Origin: a virus
Taxonomy: Duplodnaviria > Caudoviricetes
Virus record (IMG/VR): IMGVR_UViG_3300045526_000331
Span: 5,858-69,857 of that record
DNA: 64,000 nt
Strand: one strand, 5' to 3'
Within the stretch, counting starts at the first letter, position 1; each line of letters opens with the position of its first letter. The position numbers and the translations under genes are program-made. Below the pieces are notes generated by a model that was given only the letters and a program-made list of their open reading frames with translations, ran no database searches and had not been told where the DNA came from. Of the stretch, positions 48,124 to 56,340 are shown in pieces.

Positions 48124-48612
48124 TCAGATCTGTGTAGTACTCGAAGGCCACGCATAGCGAATGAGGGGGGCGGACTGTGGGGCAGGAGCCGGGAGGATCC
48201 TTTCCGCCAGTTTAAGCTGATTGATGAAGAACGAGCTGGCCAGAATCACCCCGAACCAAATCCACCGGTTTTTCTTAAGGTCTTCTAGGGTGGTGTTCAT
48301 GTCGTTAATCTTCTTTTCGTGCTTGTCAAGGTCTTCCTTGAACTTCTTGTCTTGCTTCTCCATCTCACCCTTTAGATCACTCTCACTACGGCTTAGCATG
48401 GTCAAGATGGCATCATTTGCTTCTACCGATCTATCTATCCTCTCCTCATGTCTAATCAGTATTTGGCTGATATTTTGATTAGATTCGGAGATTTTCTCCA
48501 CAGCCTGCTCGAGTTTAGATAGCATTTTTTTACTCAGCTCATCATAAGCCTGGAACTTTTCCTCCAGCAGACTGATGCGAATGGGGGTGGAGGGTTTGCC
48601 AAGCGGGATCAC
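48124..48612 (-). CDS. Coiled-coil protein with C-terminal transmembrane helix (holin/hemolysin-like)
   Basis: Heptad repeats followed by KKNRWIWFGVILASSFF; late motif at 48640-48648. Confidence 0.65.
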   Translation of the reverse strand: MIPLGKPSTPIRISLLEEKFQAYDELSKKMLSKLEQAVEKISESNQNISQILIRHEERIDRSVEANDAILTMLSRSESDLKGEMEKQDKKFKEDLDKHEKKINDMNTTLEDLKKNRWIWFGVILASSFFINQLKLAERILPAPAPQSAPLIRYAWPSSTTQI

Positions 48613-48669
48613 GGCCTAGTTGATTGAGGTCATCAACTAGCTTTCAACTAGCCCTCAACGGAATTTTAA

Positions 48670-48966
48670 CTACCAGAAGGACTCTTTACATGCTTTTTCC
48701 GCCTCCAGTTCGTCAATTCTATCACTCATCTGCTGCAATACTTTGCACAGATTGGAAAGAAGTTTAAAGTTAATGGAACTTGCGTCATCAACTTCACTTA
48801 GCAACTGCCCCATCATCCATAGGGTGCCTCTCTCCCCCTGGTAATTGTAGTAACTATAGGCAGAGTCAAAGTCACTAACCGAGTAGTCCCAGTGTATTCC
48901 ATGCCTTTCCCACATTTTCAGTCCTGTGGTTGAGACGAGACCGGAAGGGGGAGGAAGATTAGCCAT
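48670..48966 (-). CDS. Hypothetical protein
   Basis: 98-aa ORF directly downstream of tRNA-Arg. Confidence 0.6.
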   Translation of the reverse strand: MANLPPPSGLVSTTGLKMWERHGIHWDYSVSDFDSAYSYYNYQGERGTLWMMGQLLSEVDDASSINFKLLSNLCKVLQQMSDRIDELEAEKACKESFW

Positions 48967-48991
48967 GAGCGTGGTATTTTCACTATCTTAA

Positions 48992-49066
48992 CACCCTCTG
49001 CAAGATTTGAACTTGCGACCAGTGGATTAGAAGTCCACGGCTCTATCCAGACTGAGCTAAGAGGGC
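48992..49066 (-). tRNA. tRNA-Arg(UCU)
   Basis: GCCCTCT acceptor, GTGGA-CT-TCT-AA-TCCAC anticodon arm, GCAAG-TTCAAAT-CTTGC T arm; CCA not encoded. Confidence 0.95.
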
Positions 49067-49233
49067 AGATGCGGGGGGCCACCCCGCCGAGGGATGCTGT
49101 TCACCCCCCTAGTCACAGCCTACTACGCGGGCTGATTTAAGCGCCTTGACTTTGTTCCTGTTACGTCAAGGAGCAGGGGTGCATTTCGGCTCCTGGTCAC
49201 CACTCCAGGTCGAAAACAGCGTCCTGTTTTCGA

Positions 49234-49315
49234 TGAGGGAAGGGGGACTTGAACCCCCAAGGCATAAGCCAGCGCATTTTGAGTGCGCCGCGTCTTCCAA
49301 TTCCGCCATACCCCC
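49234..49315 (-). tRNA. tRNA-Leu(CAA)
   Basis: GCGCA-CT-CAA-AA-TGCGC arm, long variable arm, GGGGG-TTCAAGT-CCCCC. Confidence 0.93.
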
Positions 49316-49318
49316 AGG

Positions 49319-49391
49319 TGCGGGATGCCGGGATCGAACCGGCCTTCGGCGGATTATGAGTCCGCTGCATTCTCCAGATTGCTAAACCCGC
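49319..49391 (-). tRNA. tRNA-Met/Ile2 (CAU), non-initiator
   Basis: GCGGA-CT-CAT-AA-TCCGC, GCCGG-TTCGATC-CCGGC; lacks the initiator 3G-C stem and the 1:72 mismatch. Confidence 0.9.
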
Positions 49392-49392
49392 C

Positions 49393-49542
49393 CTAGTGTC
49401 CCTGACCCCTATAGCGTTTTTTGCGCCCGTTGCGACTTGTCGCACTCAGCTTAGTGTGTAAGCTGCACCCTTGACGGGTTTTTTTGGGCTTGGACTCAAG
49501 CTTCATAGCCCCGAGCTTGGTCAGGGAGGTCTTAGCTGCCAT
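49393..49542 (-). CDS. 49-aa basic protein of a type I recall from cyanophages
   Basis: MAAKTSL...ESKPKKTRQG..HTKLSATSRNGRKKRYRGQGH; stop lies 1 nt before the tRNA. Confidence 0.7.
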   Translation of the reverse strand: MAAKTSLTKLGAMKLESKPKKTRQGCSLHTKLSATSRNGRKKRYRGQGH

Positions 49543-49584
49543 GGGAAAGATGGAGTGGTGAGGGAAGAGGAATTGCCCTCCCCT

Positions 49585-49950
49585 CTACCTTAGCACACAC
49601 ATCAGCTCATGGGTCGAGGCGCCAAAGTAGGTCAGGGTGTCGTGACAAATCCCCTTGGCGTCCACGCTCCCGCAGGTGAAGACGTCGACCGCAGCAGATG
49701 AGGTCTCGGGCCAGGTGTGTACGGAGTAGTGGGAGGTGCTGAGAAGGTGGAGAGAGGTGAAGCCAAACCCCGGACCGGGGAACTTGTGGGAGGTCACCCC
49801 CTTTACCACCGCCCCGTGCTTAGTCAGAACAGTCCGAGCAAAATGCTCGAATAGCATGAGGTCCTTTAGCTTAGACTCATCACAGCCATATAGGTTCAAG
49901 AGGCAATGGTTGCCCATGGACTGGCCCTGGTTGTTAAATTCCGGCTGCAT
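49585..49950 (-). CDS. speD: S-adenosylmethionine decarboxylase proenzyme
   Basis: MGNHCLLNLYGC, LLSTSHYSVHTWPE, AAVDVFTCG. Confidence 0.88.
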   Translation of the reverse strand: MQPEFNNQGQSMGNHCLLNLYGCDESKLKDLMLFEHFARTVLTKHGAVVKGVTSHKFPGPGFGFTSLHLLSTSHYSVHTWPETSSAAVDVFTCGSVDAKGICHDTLTYFGASTHELMCVLR

Positions 49951-50770
49951 AATATGCCTCTTGGGTGAGATTGTTTAATCCGTAGCTACTACTGTCTTTC
50001 AACACAGTGTAGATACTTGGCCTGAACAGGTCCTCAGGCAAAAGGTTTCTGGACATCGGGATCTGTCTACCCCACCTGGAATGCAAGGTACTGACACAGA
50101 CCCTATACCCCATACTGGCCAATTCGACCAACTGGGTTTGGACAAAGCGAAGTTTTCTCCTTGTCCAAACATATCCGCACCCGTATTGGGAGAACTGTAT
50201 GGGGATATGAATGTAGATCAGGGTTGTTTCTTTGTCTACCTCCTGGATGGGGAAATTGAAAATGGTGCGGCGTCGGTAAAGGAGGCGCTTGTCCTTTGCC
50301 ATGAGGGAAAACCTCTCAATGGAGGGAAAATCGGGGCGGACCGGGTTGTGCTTATCTATCTGCAAGGACCACCCCCTGAAGTGATAATTAAATCCTCCTT
50401 GGGAGAGCAAGCAGTAGTAAATTGCTACGTCGGTCCAATTCCAAGACCTCGTCCCCCTCTTGGCTGATTTGTAGTTCAGCCACTTTAGGCGATTTTCAAC
50501 ATAGGCTATGTTCCTACCCTGATCGAAACGATTTGGGTCGGTCCATACCTCTTCGATAATAGACTTTGAGTTGGGCAAAGCAAGCATTTTATGGACCTCG
50601 AGAATGTACTTCTCATTGGTACATAGAGTAATCGCCCTGGAATTACTACTGTAGGCTAGTTCTGCAGAGGAGCAGTCCAGAACCATAATACTAAGTCCGG
50701 ACAGATTGCCATTATCCGCGAGAAATTGGTCGTGGGTTTTGGTCATTCTGCCCGGACAGACTATGGTCAT
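49934..50770 (-). CDS. Dam-like (D12 class) methyltransferase fold, catalytic motifs degenerate
   Basis: AIYYCLLSQGGFN and TLIYIHIP...ELASMGYRVCVS follow the Dam layout, but FxGxG and DPPY are missing. Confidence 0.55.
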   Translation of the reverse strand: MTIVCPGRMTKTHDQFLADNGNLSGLSIMVLDCSSAELAYSSNSRAITLCTNEKYILEVHKMLALPNSKSIIEEVWTDPNRFDQGRNIAYVENRLKWLNYKSAKRGTRSWNWTDVAIYYCLLSQGGFNYHFRGWSLQIDKHNPVRPDFPSIERFSLMAKDKRLLYRRRTIFNFPIQEVDKETTLIYIHIPIQFSQYGCGYVWTRRKLRFVQTQLVELASMGYRVCVSTLHSRWGRQIPMSRNLLPEDLFRPSIYTVLKDSSSYGLNNLTQEAYYAAGI

Positions 50771-51243
50771 TGCACAACCCCCGTACGCTTTAACCTTATC
50801 CAGTTTTTTCCCGTCCAGACAGACATCAGCTCATTGCTGAAAACCCTAATGGTACCCGGGGCCGGCCCCCTAAATCTTTTATGTTTGGAATCTCCAAAGA
50901 ACTGATCGACCTTCAAAGACATTCCCTCCTCCGTATTGAGGAGGATTTCCTGAGCGCGATCTATTAGGGAAATTGCTTCGAGGGTTGTAATATCTAGGGT
51001 CCAGACTTTCATGTACACATTTACCTGAGATTCATCCAGATTGAGTGAGTTGCATAGGGCTGTTACTCGCTCCAGGGGGTAGTGAGGGCAGGGAGAGTAC
51101 GGGAAGGCTAAATCGTCCCCCACTACCTCTCTCTTCTTAGCCAAATAGTCCCTCATTTCCGGGGGAATATCCCTATATACATTAGAGTCAACTAACGACA
51201 GAGCTATTCTTTTGTGAGAATAGGACTCTTCTGAGGTACTCAT
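50767..51243 (-). CDS. Hypothetical protein
   Basis: 158-aa ORF coupled to both neighbours. Confidence 0.65.
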   Translation of the reverse strand: MSTSEESYSHKRIALSLVDSNVYRDIPPEMRDYLAKKREVVGDDLAFPYSPCPHYPLERVTALCNSLNLDESQVNVYMKVWTLDITTLEAISLIDRAQEILLNTEEGMSLKVDQFFGDSKHKRFRGPAPGTIRVFSNELMSVWTGKNWIRLKRTGVVQ

Positions 51244-51799
51244 CGGAGAAGGACCGGCCGAAATACGCCGCTATTATACCACGGGCGGGGTCGTTGGCAG
51301 CCATGTACTGGTTAAACCCCTCATGACCAGGGGGGATCCCCGTCCTCAGGTGTAAATTTCTGTTAAGAAGACGATAATACTCCCTCAACCTAGCCTCGTA
51401 TTCCGACTCAAACCTCTCTATTAGCTCCTCCTCCCCTCTTTCCAGCCAAAGTAGGGGTCCAAACCATAGGTCGAGGTCGTAATGACGGGATGTAAGGGTG
51501 GGACGAGGGGGAAAAACCTCGACCAGGTGTCCAAAATCGGTAAGTGGACCGGCTGAGGGGTGAAAATCAACCGCTGCGAAGGATTTCTGCCCAATTTCAA
51601 GGTATTCCGAGCCAAAAATGGGCAGATTTGTGCCTACGCAGGGGTAGATTGCCACAGTCTGGGCTAAAAGTTTGCCCGGAACGTGAAAATGGCACTGTCT
51701 TGACTTGTAAAACCCGTATTTTTGCCCGGATCTGACCGTAGTTGTCAATACTGCCCCGTTAGACTCATACCTAGAGCGGCATTCTATGTCACCAATCAC
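51188..51799 (-). CDS. Ferredoxin-dependent bilin reductase (PebA/PebS/PcyA family)
   Basis: IYP...NLPIFGSE, AAVDFHP, NQYMAANDPARGIIAAYFGRSFSDEYLRRVLF. Confidence 0.8.
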   Translation of the reverse strand: MIGDIECRSRYESNGAVLTTTVRSGQKYGFYKSRQCHFHVPGKLLAQTVAIYPCVGTNLPIFGSEYLEIGQKSFAAVDFHPSAGPLTDFGHLVEVFPPRPTLTSRHYDLDLWFGPLLWLERGEEELIERFESEYEARLREYYRLLNRNLHLRTGIPPGHEGFNQYMAANDPARGIIAAYFGRSFSDEYLRRVLFSQKNSSVVS

Positions 51800-52133
51800 C
51801 AGTCTTCTCCACCCTTACCGTGCCATCCGGAGAAATCGACCATGAAATACGGTCATTCTCAGTCCAATCTAGCATGGTTGAGGCCTGGGCAGGTAGAGTT
51901 ATGCGTCCGTCAGGGGAAATTTCAGCCTGGCCGCTCGTAAAACTTGCTAAGTCGTCGGTTTGGATTGAGTCCATAGACGTTTGGCAGTGCTCCCTCAGAC
52001 CAATCAGCATATTTGCCATTCTGTCCGCAGAGTGAGAATCAATCTCTGCCTGGTCGAGGACATCCAGAATCGTGTCACACAGCTCAGAGGCACAGAGAAA
52101 TTGACGCAGAATCCGTTGATTAGAGTTTTCCAT
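51789..52133 (-). CDS. Protein with C-terminal AbrB/MazE-like DNA-binding domain
   Basis: DGRITLPAQ...LDW...DRISW...DGTVRVEK. Confidence 0.65.
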   Translation of the reverse strand: MENSNQRILRQFLCASELCDTILDVLDQAEIDSHSADRMANMLIGLREHCQTSMDSIQTDDLASFTSGQAEISPDGRITLPAQASTMLDWTENDRISWSISPDGTVRVEKTGDW

Positions 52134-52329
52134 AGAAAGTTTGGTATCTGATCCAGCTAGTCAGGCTGGGTTTAACCCCCAAGGACGTGCAACACTCCAG
52201 GTAAGAGGAGTATTCGTACCAAGGTACGGACTCAATCTGCTCCTGAGTCTGACCTTTCTGACATGAGTTGACTAGCCATGTCCATGTGACGTCTAGAAAC
52301 AACGCCCCTCTTGAGCATAAACTTTTCAT
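52120..52329 (-). CDS. Hypothetical protein
   Basis: WYEYSSYLECC.SLGVKPSL..WIRY. Confidence 0.5.
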   Translation of the reverse strand: MKSLCSRGALFLDVTWTWLVNSCQKGQTQEQIESVPWYEYSSYLECCTSLGVKPSLTSWIRYQTFYGKL

Positions 52330-52486
52330 ACTTGAGCTGGAATAGGAGTTTGTACTTGAACAGGGAGGTTCGGATGAACAGGAGGGGGACCTTTAGCAGC
52401 CTGAGGTGCAAGTACTCTGACACATTGCTGTCCACGGAAATGATGTAGACAAGGACGATTAGGGGGATGAGTGGCAAATAGTACAT
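52232..52486 (-). CDS. Small membrane-anchored hypothetical protein
   Basis: N-terminal hydrophobic helix; GTTGAAAGC at 52510-52518. Confidence 0.6.
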   Translation of the reverse strand: MYYLPLIPLIVLVYIISVDSNVSEYLHLRLLKVPLLFIRTSLFKYKLLFQLKYEKFMLKRGVVSRRHMDMASQLMSERSDSGAD

Positions 52487-52503
52487 TTATGGTCGGAGTT
52501 AGC

Positions 52504-53004
52504 TTACGAGCTTTCAACCGTAAGCTCCGACATGTGGTGAAGGTTCCGTTTAGGTACGAAGTATGCCGGTCTTCCTTTGGCCGGATCCGACCAAAACTTC
52601 TCTTGCATGACGTCCCCTGCCACACACCACCCGTGGATCCTGATGTCGGTGCTTGACTCGGCCGTGACCAATACGATTTTCTTCTCCCTGCGCTCATCTC
52701 TCTGCACAATTAGATCGTGCCAGTGTTTAGACCGGGTCTTTACCTCTATGTCACCCGGTAGATCTGCGCTTCCCCTTACTGCTTGCTGATCTCGAAACAG
52801 TTCGGCCTCTACCCCCAGATGTACTGCTACTGCGACTTCTCCCAGTGCTCCGAGAAGGTGAAGAGACAGTGCCTGATTTCCCACCGCTGCTGCGTTGTTT
52901 CTCCCCAACAGGCCGGACTGCTCGTTTACTGACTGTCTTCTTTTTGCCTCTTCCTCTGCCAGTGCTAGTTGGGCCGGAGTTAGGACTACTTGGATGTGGG
53001 GCAT
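52504..53004 (-). CDS. Hypothetical protein with PD-(D/E)XK-like motif
   Basis: GALGEVAVA...ADLPGDIEVKTR; own CCGTGCTAGGAT at 53026-53037. Confidence 0.7.
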   Translation of the reverse strand: MPHIQVVLTPAQLALAEEEAKRRQSVNEQSGLLGRNNAAAVGNQALSLHLLGALGEVAVAVHLGVEAELFRDQQAVRGSADLPGDIEVKTRSKHWHDLIVQRDERREKKIVLVTAESSTDIRIHGWCVAGDVMQEKFWSDPAKGRPAYFVPKRNLHHMSELTVESS

Positions 53005-54700
53005 TGGGGGGCGGGAGTTTCTTCGATCCTAGCACGGATTTTTTGTGCTGGGCCCATCTAGACTCTACCCCTCCTCCGACATTTTCCCTGATCCATTTGT
53101 TAATGGCCCGGGTACTCATCCCCAAAGACTTGGCCTCTTCTACAATCTGATCTCGGACAGATATGGCCCTGGGTTGTGAAGAAGTTGTAAAGTCCGGCCT
53201 TGTCTCCAACCACTCTGACCTGGACGGGGAGGAAAGAGATTTGAACGAGCGCAGTTCGGAAATAATATACCTGTCCAGATCTAAACCGGTTTGGCAAAGT
53301 GGCTCAAGGGACCGGATCTGGTCCTGTACCTGACTTAGCTTATCTCTAACCTTGCCGGATTCCGTAGCAATCAGTGTGCTGATTGGAATGGCTATGACAT
53401 ACTCTGCCAACTCCGCACTGAGTTTCCACCCTCTGCTTACCGAACTGATTGCCGAGGGCTTATCCTTCGCCTTTCTTACAACCGACAAAAATTTATCCAG
53501 GGACTTGAGTACCTCGACTACGGCCTCAAGTCTCTCACCCTCCTTGCGGAGCTTTTCCACCTCTCTTTGATGCTTTGACACCAGGTAACCGGTTCGCTGC
53601 TCATACCAACACTCTATGGTCCTCCTCGCCCCAAATAGACTGGGCTTTCCGTCTACCCCTACCGCTGTGGAATTAACGTTGTGAACATGCCTCAAACCTG
53701 TTGACTCCAGCAACACCCTAAGAATGCCCTCCCTGTGCTCCTTCTCTCTCAGAATAAGCTCGACCCGGATCCCGTCCCTAGTAGAGTGGTCGGAGATTGA
53801 CAGCAGGCCCGGTAGTTTTTCTTTTTCGGCCAGGTCATGGACCTTTTCTACAAACTCCTCGGAAGATCCATTGGCCAGAAGGGTTACGATGATCCCTGGC
53901 CTATTGGACCTTTTACCGTACGGAATCTTGTCCTCATAGATCCATTTCCCATAAACCTCGATCTGCCCCCTGCCAGTTCTCAACAGTTCGGCAAAATCTT
54001 CAGATCTGAGGATTCGCCCACCTTGGGGAGGCTCGGGTGGCGAACAGAATTTCTCAAAAAACCTGCTGTCGGCAATTTTCTTATTCTTAATCCACGCAGT
54101 TGACGCGGAAATAACGTCCTCAAGTCGAAATGGGATGTGGTTAGCTGCGTAGCCAGAGGCTATGCCCGTAGACCCGGTCAGAAGTAGAGCGGGAAGGGCT
54201 GGAACGATGCGGATGGGTTCATTGCTGCTGCCATCGTAGTTAGGCCTCCACTCCCCCAAACCTCTATCAATCTGAGACAGGTAGATCGCTTCGGTGAGGG
54301 GGGTTGCCCTGACCTCCAAATAACGAGCAGCGGCAGGGCCATCCGCTGAGACCTTCTGCCCCATGTATGGACCGGTCTGTATAGATCCCCCGCAATTCCC
54401 GTGAATGTCTGTCAGGGCATATCTTTGTGAGGATTGCTGGCCCAGGTTAATTATGGTGCCTGCACATCCCCCGTTCGGGTGGTACCTGCCAAGTACGTGG
54501 CCCTCCAAACGACTAACTTTGCAGTAGGGGGAGCTGGACCAGAGGGACAGATCCTTTATGCCCAGCAAGGATCTTCTCTGGGCGACTTTCAGCCCGTCGA
54601 CACAATCAGGCAGAGCCCTGCTAAAGACCGCTGTGCTATAGGACAGAAAATCCGCAATGATTTCCGAGGTTATGGAACAGGACTGTGGCTGATTGCTCAT
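52751..54700 (-). CDS. Type IIA topoisomerase A subunit (GyrA/ParC-like)
   Basis: RALPDCVDGLKVAQRR, GRYHPNG, AAARYLE active-site Tyr, GIASGYAANH. Confidence 0.92.
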   Translation of the reverse strand: MSNQPQSCSITSEIIADFLSYSTAVFSRALPDCVDGLKVAQRRSLLGIKDLSLWSSSPYCKVSRLEGHVLGRYHPNGGCAGTIINLGQQSSQRYALTDIHGNCGGSIQTGPYMGQKVSADGPAAARYLEVRATPLTEAIYLSQIDRGLGEWRPNYDGSSNEPIRIVPALPALLLTGSTGIASGYAANHIPFRLEDVISASTAWIKNKKIADSRFFEKFCSPPEPPQGGRILRSEDFAELLRTGRGQIEVYGKWIYEDKIPYGKRSNRPGIIVTLLANGSSEEFVEKVHDLAEKEKLPGLLSISDHSTRDGIRVELILREKEHREGILRVLLESTGLRHVHNVNSTAVGVDGKPSLFGARRTIECWYEQRTGYLVSKHQREVEKLRKEGERLEAVVEVLKSLDKFLSVVRKAKDKPSAISSVSRGWKLSAELAEYVIAIPISTLIATESGKVRDKLSQVQDQIRSLEPLCQTGLDLDRYIISELRSFKSLSSPSRSEWLETRPDFTTSSQPRAISVRDQIVEEAKSLGMSTRAINKWIRENVGGGVESRWAQHKKSVLGSKKLPPPNAPHPSSPNSGPTSTGRGRGKKKTVSKRAVRPVGEKQRSSGGKSGTVSSPSRSTGRSRSSSTSGGRGRTVSRSASSKGKRRSTG

Positions 54701-55065
54701 TCTTCCAGATGATCGTTTGTTCCATACACTCCTACATTCCTGGAGAGCAGGTAGTACCCTATTTCCGGGTGATAGTACGGGAGGTAAGTCTGTTCGCCTT
54801 CCAGCAGGTAGTTGTTGACGTAGTCAGACATTACATCCAGCTCCTCCTCCGTTTGCATTCCCGGACTGTAAATGCTCTTCAGGCACAATGTATTGTCATT
54901 AAAGTCTATGTCATAGATCTCAACCGTCCCCTCTCCGAAAACTGGATGGTTCATTTTTACCCGTATTGACTCGGAGTCCACCCTCGCCCTCTCTTCGATG
55001 ATGTCGCTACGGTCCAGAAAATCCATCTCCACATAAACCTCTGGGTATCTCTTTGGGGGCTTCAT
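54697..55065 (-). CDS. Acidic hypothetical protein
   Basis: 122-aa ORF with an ATGA-type overlap. Confidence 0.6.
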   Translation of the reverse strand: MKPPKRYPEVYVEMDFLDRSDIIEERARVDSESIRVKMNHPVFGEGTVEIYDIDFNDNTLCLKSIYSPGMQTEEELDVMSDYVNNYLLEGEQTYLPYYHPEIGYYLLSRNVGVYGTNDHLEE

Positions 55066-55122
55066 GTTGAGATGGGGGGCAATGCTTGCTAAGCTTTATC
55101 CAAAATACTCTACAGGAGAATT

Positions 55123-55386
55123 ATGGACCCGGTCAAATCTCTCGAAGAAATCTCAGAGAGGATGGAGGAGGAGAAGTCTCCAGGGGGGAAGGGGGACGGG
55201 TACAAGGCCATCAGGGTAAGGCAAGAGGTCTACGAGGAGCTGGGGCAGTGGAGATCGATGTGGTCAGACATCTCCCTCTCGGACACCCTGAGCCGGGCCC
55301 TCACTCTCGCCCGACGTGAGCTGAAAAATGTTGCGGAGCGGGAGAGAAGGGTGAGGGAGAGGATGGATTTACAAAGGGAAAAATAG
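55123..55386 (+). CDS. Small putative DNA-binding (RHH-like) protein
   Basis: YKAIRVRQEVYEEL...SLSDTL. Confidence 0.55.
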   Translation: MDPVKSLEEISERMEEEKSPGGKGDGYKAIRVRQEVYEELGQWRSMWSDISLSDTLSRALTLARRELKNVAERERRVRERMDLQREK

Positions 55387-55421
55387 TGCTAGGATATTTT
55401 TGTCCAAAGCAATTCTGGCCA

Positions 55422-55676
55422 ATGGCCCAGCAAAACTCCCCGAATCGGCCCAAGCGCCACTACTTCGGTCCAGACGAAAAGTTCATCTACTGCCACGACG
55501 ACACCTACCTGCGTCAGGAGGAGGTGGGCTACTGCGGTATTTGCAACAAAAAGACCCGGTACAAGTCCGTCTACGCAGCGGAGTACGTCTGCAGCCCCGA
55601 GTGCAGCAATGAACTCTGGTGTGACATTACGGAAAGACTGGCCTCTATCGTTGTCCGTCGTAAGAGAGGTAAGTGA
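55422..55676 (+). CDS. Small Cys-rich (zinc finger-like) protein
   Basis: CGICNKKT...YVCSPEC; the track start at 55386 coincides with a promoter-like GTGCTAGGAT. Confidence 0.6.
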   Translation: MAQQNSPNRPKRHYFGPDEKFIYCHDDTYLRQEEVGYCGICNKKTRYKSVYAAEYVCSPECSNELWCDITERLASIVVRRKRGK

Positions 55677-55677
55677 A

Positions 55678-56340
55678 ATGGCGAAAAAGGGTACGAGAGA
55701 TCTGACAGATCTCTACAACATCGCAATTGATCCCTCCTCCAGCCGTAAAGAGCTTAAGAGGGTTTGGGAAGAGACCAAGTCGGTCAGGATCAGGAAGGCC
55801 ATTGCCTCTAACCTGAACTGTGACCCGGACGTCATGAAGATCGCTTCGCGGTTATATGTGAGGGAGGTGGTAACCAATCCTTCCTTTGAGGTCCTGAAGC
55901 TATTTGGAGAAGACCCCTTCGTATCTAATCTTTTCGATGCTTTTGACTCTCCCGATGTTTTCTTAAAGAAACTAAGGAGGTCTGGTGAGGAGAACGAACT
56001 CTATGCTAAGGCAGCACTTCTTTCCCCCAACCTCTCAAGCCATTCCGCAATCGAGGCTATTTTCACCGTTCTTAATATCTCTGATATTAAGAGGGAGATG
56101 AAGGATGTCTCGACTAAAGACAAGGTTCGGAAGATTTGCCTGGCCGGAGCTGGCCTGAGTCGGATCGGTACGGGGGTGGTAATGGACCTGTACAATTCTG
56201 GGGTAATTAGCCTGGATGAGCTGGACTCTTACCTCAACTCCTGCAGACCTGGTATGTTTACCAGTAATACGGCAGGGAGAGTATTAAGAGGCTGCTTGAG
56301 TCTCAGATCAATAGCCTGGACAATTCCAGATATGAGATGA
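55678..56340 (+). CDS. Variant leucine-rich (LRV/HEAT-like) repeat protein
   Basis: IRKAIASNLNC...EVVTNPSFEVL. Confidence 0.6.
   Translation: MAKKGTRDLTDLYNIAIDPSSSRKELKRVWEETKSVRIRKAIASNLNCDPDVMKIASRLYVREVVTNPSFEVLKLFGEDPFVSNLFDAFDSPDVFLKKLRRSGEENELYAKAALLSPNLSSHSAIEAIFTVLNISDIKREMKDVSTKDKVRKICLAGAGLSRIGTGVVMDLYNSGVISLDELDSYLNSCRPGMFTSNTAGRVLRGCLSLRSIAWTIPDMR

Noticed and set aside
48960-49233. HDV-like (theta) ribozymes at tRNA 3' ends
   Set aside because: tRNA-Leu is followed by a simple hairpin and tRNA-Arg by a gene start; I could not build the nested double pseudoknot.
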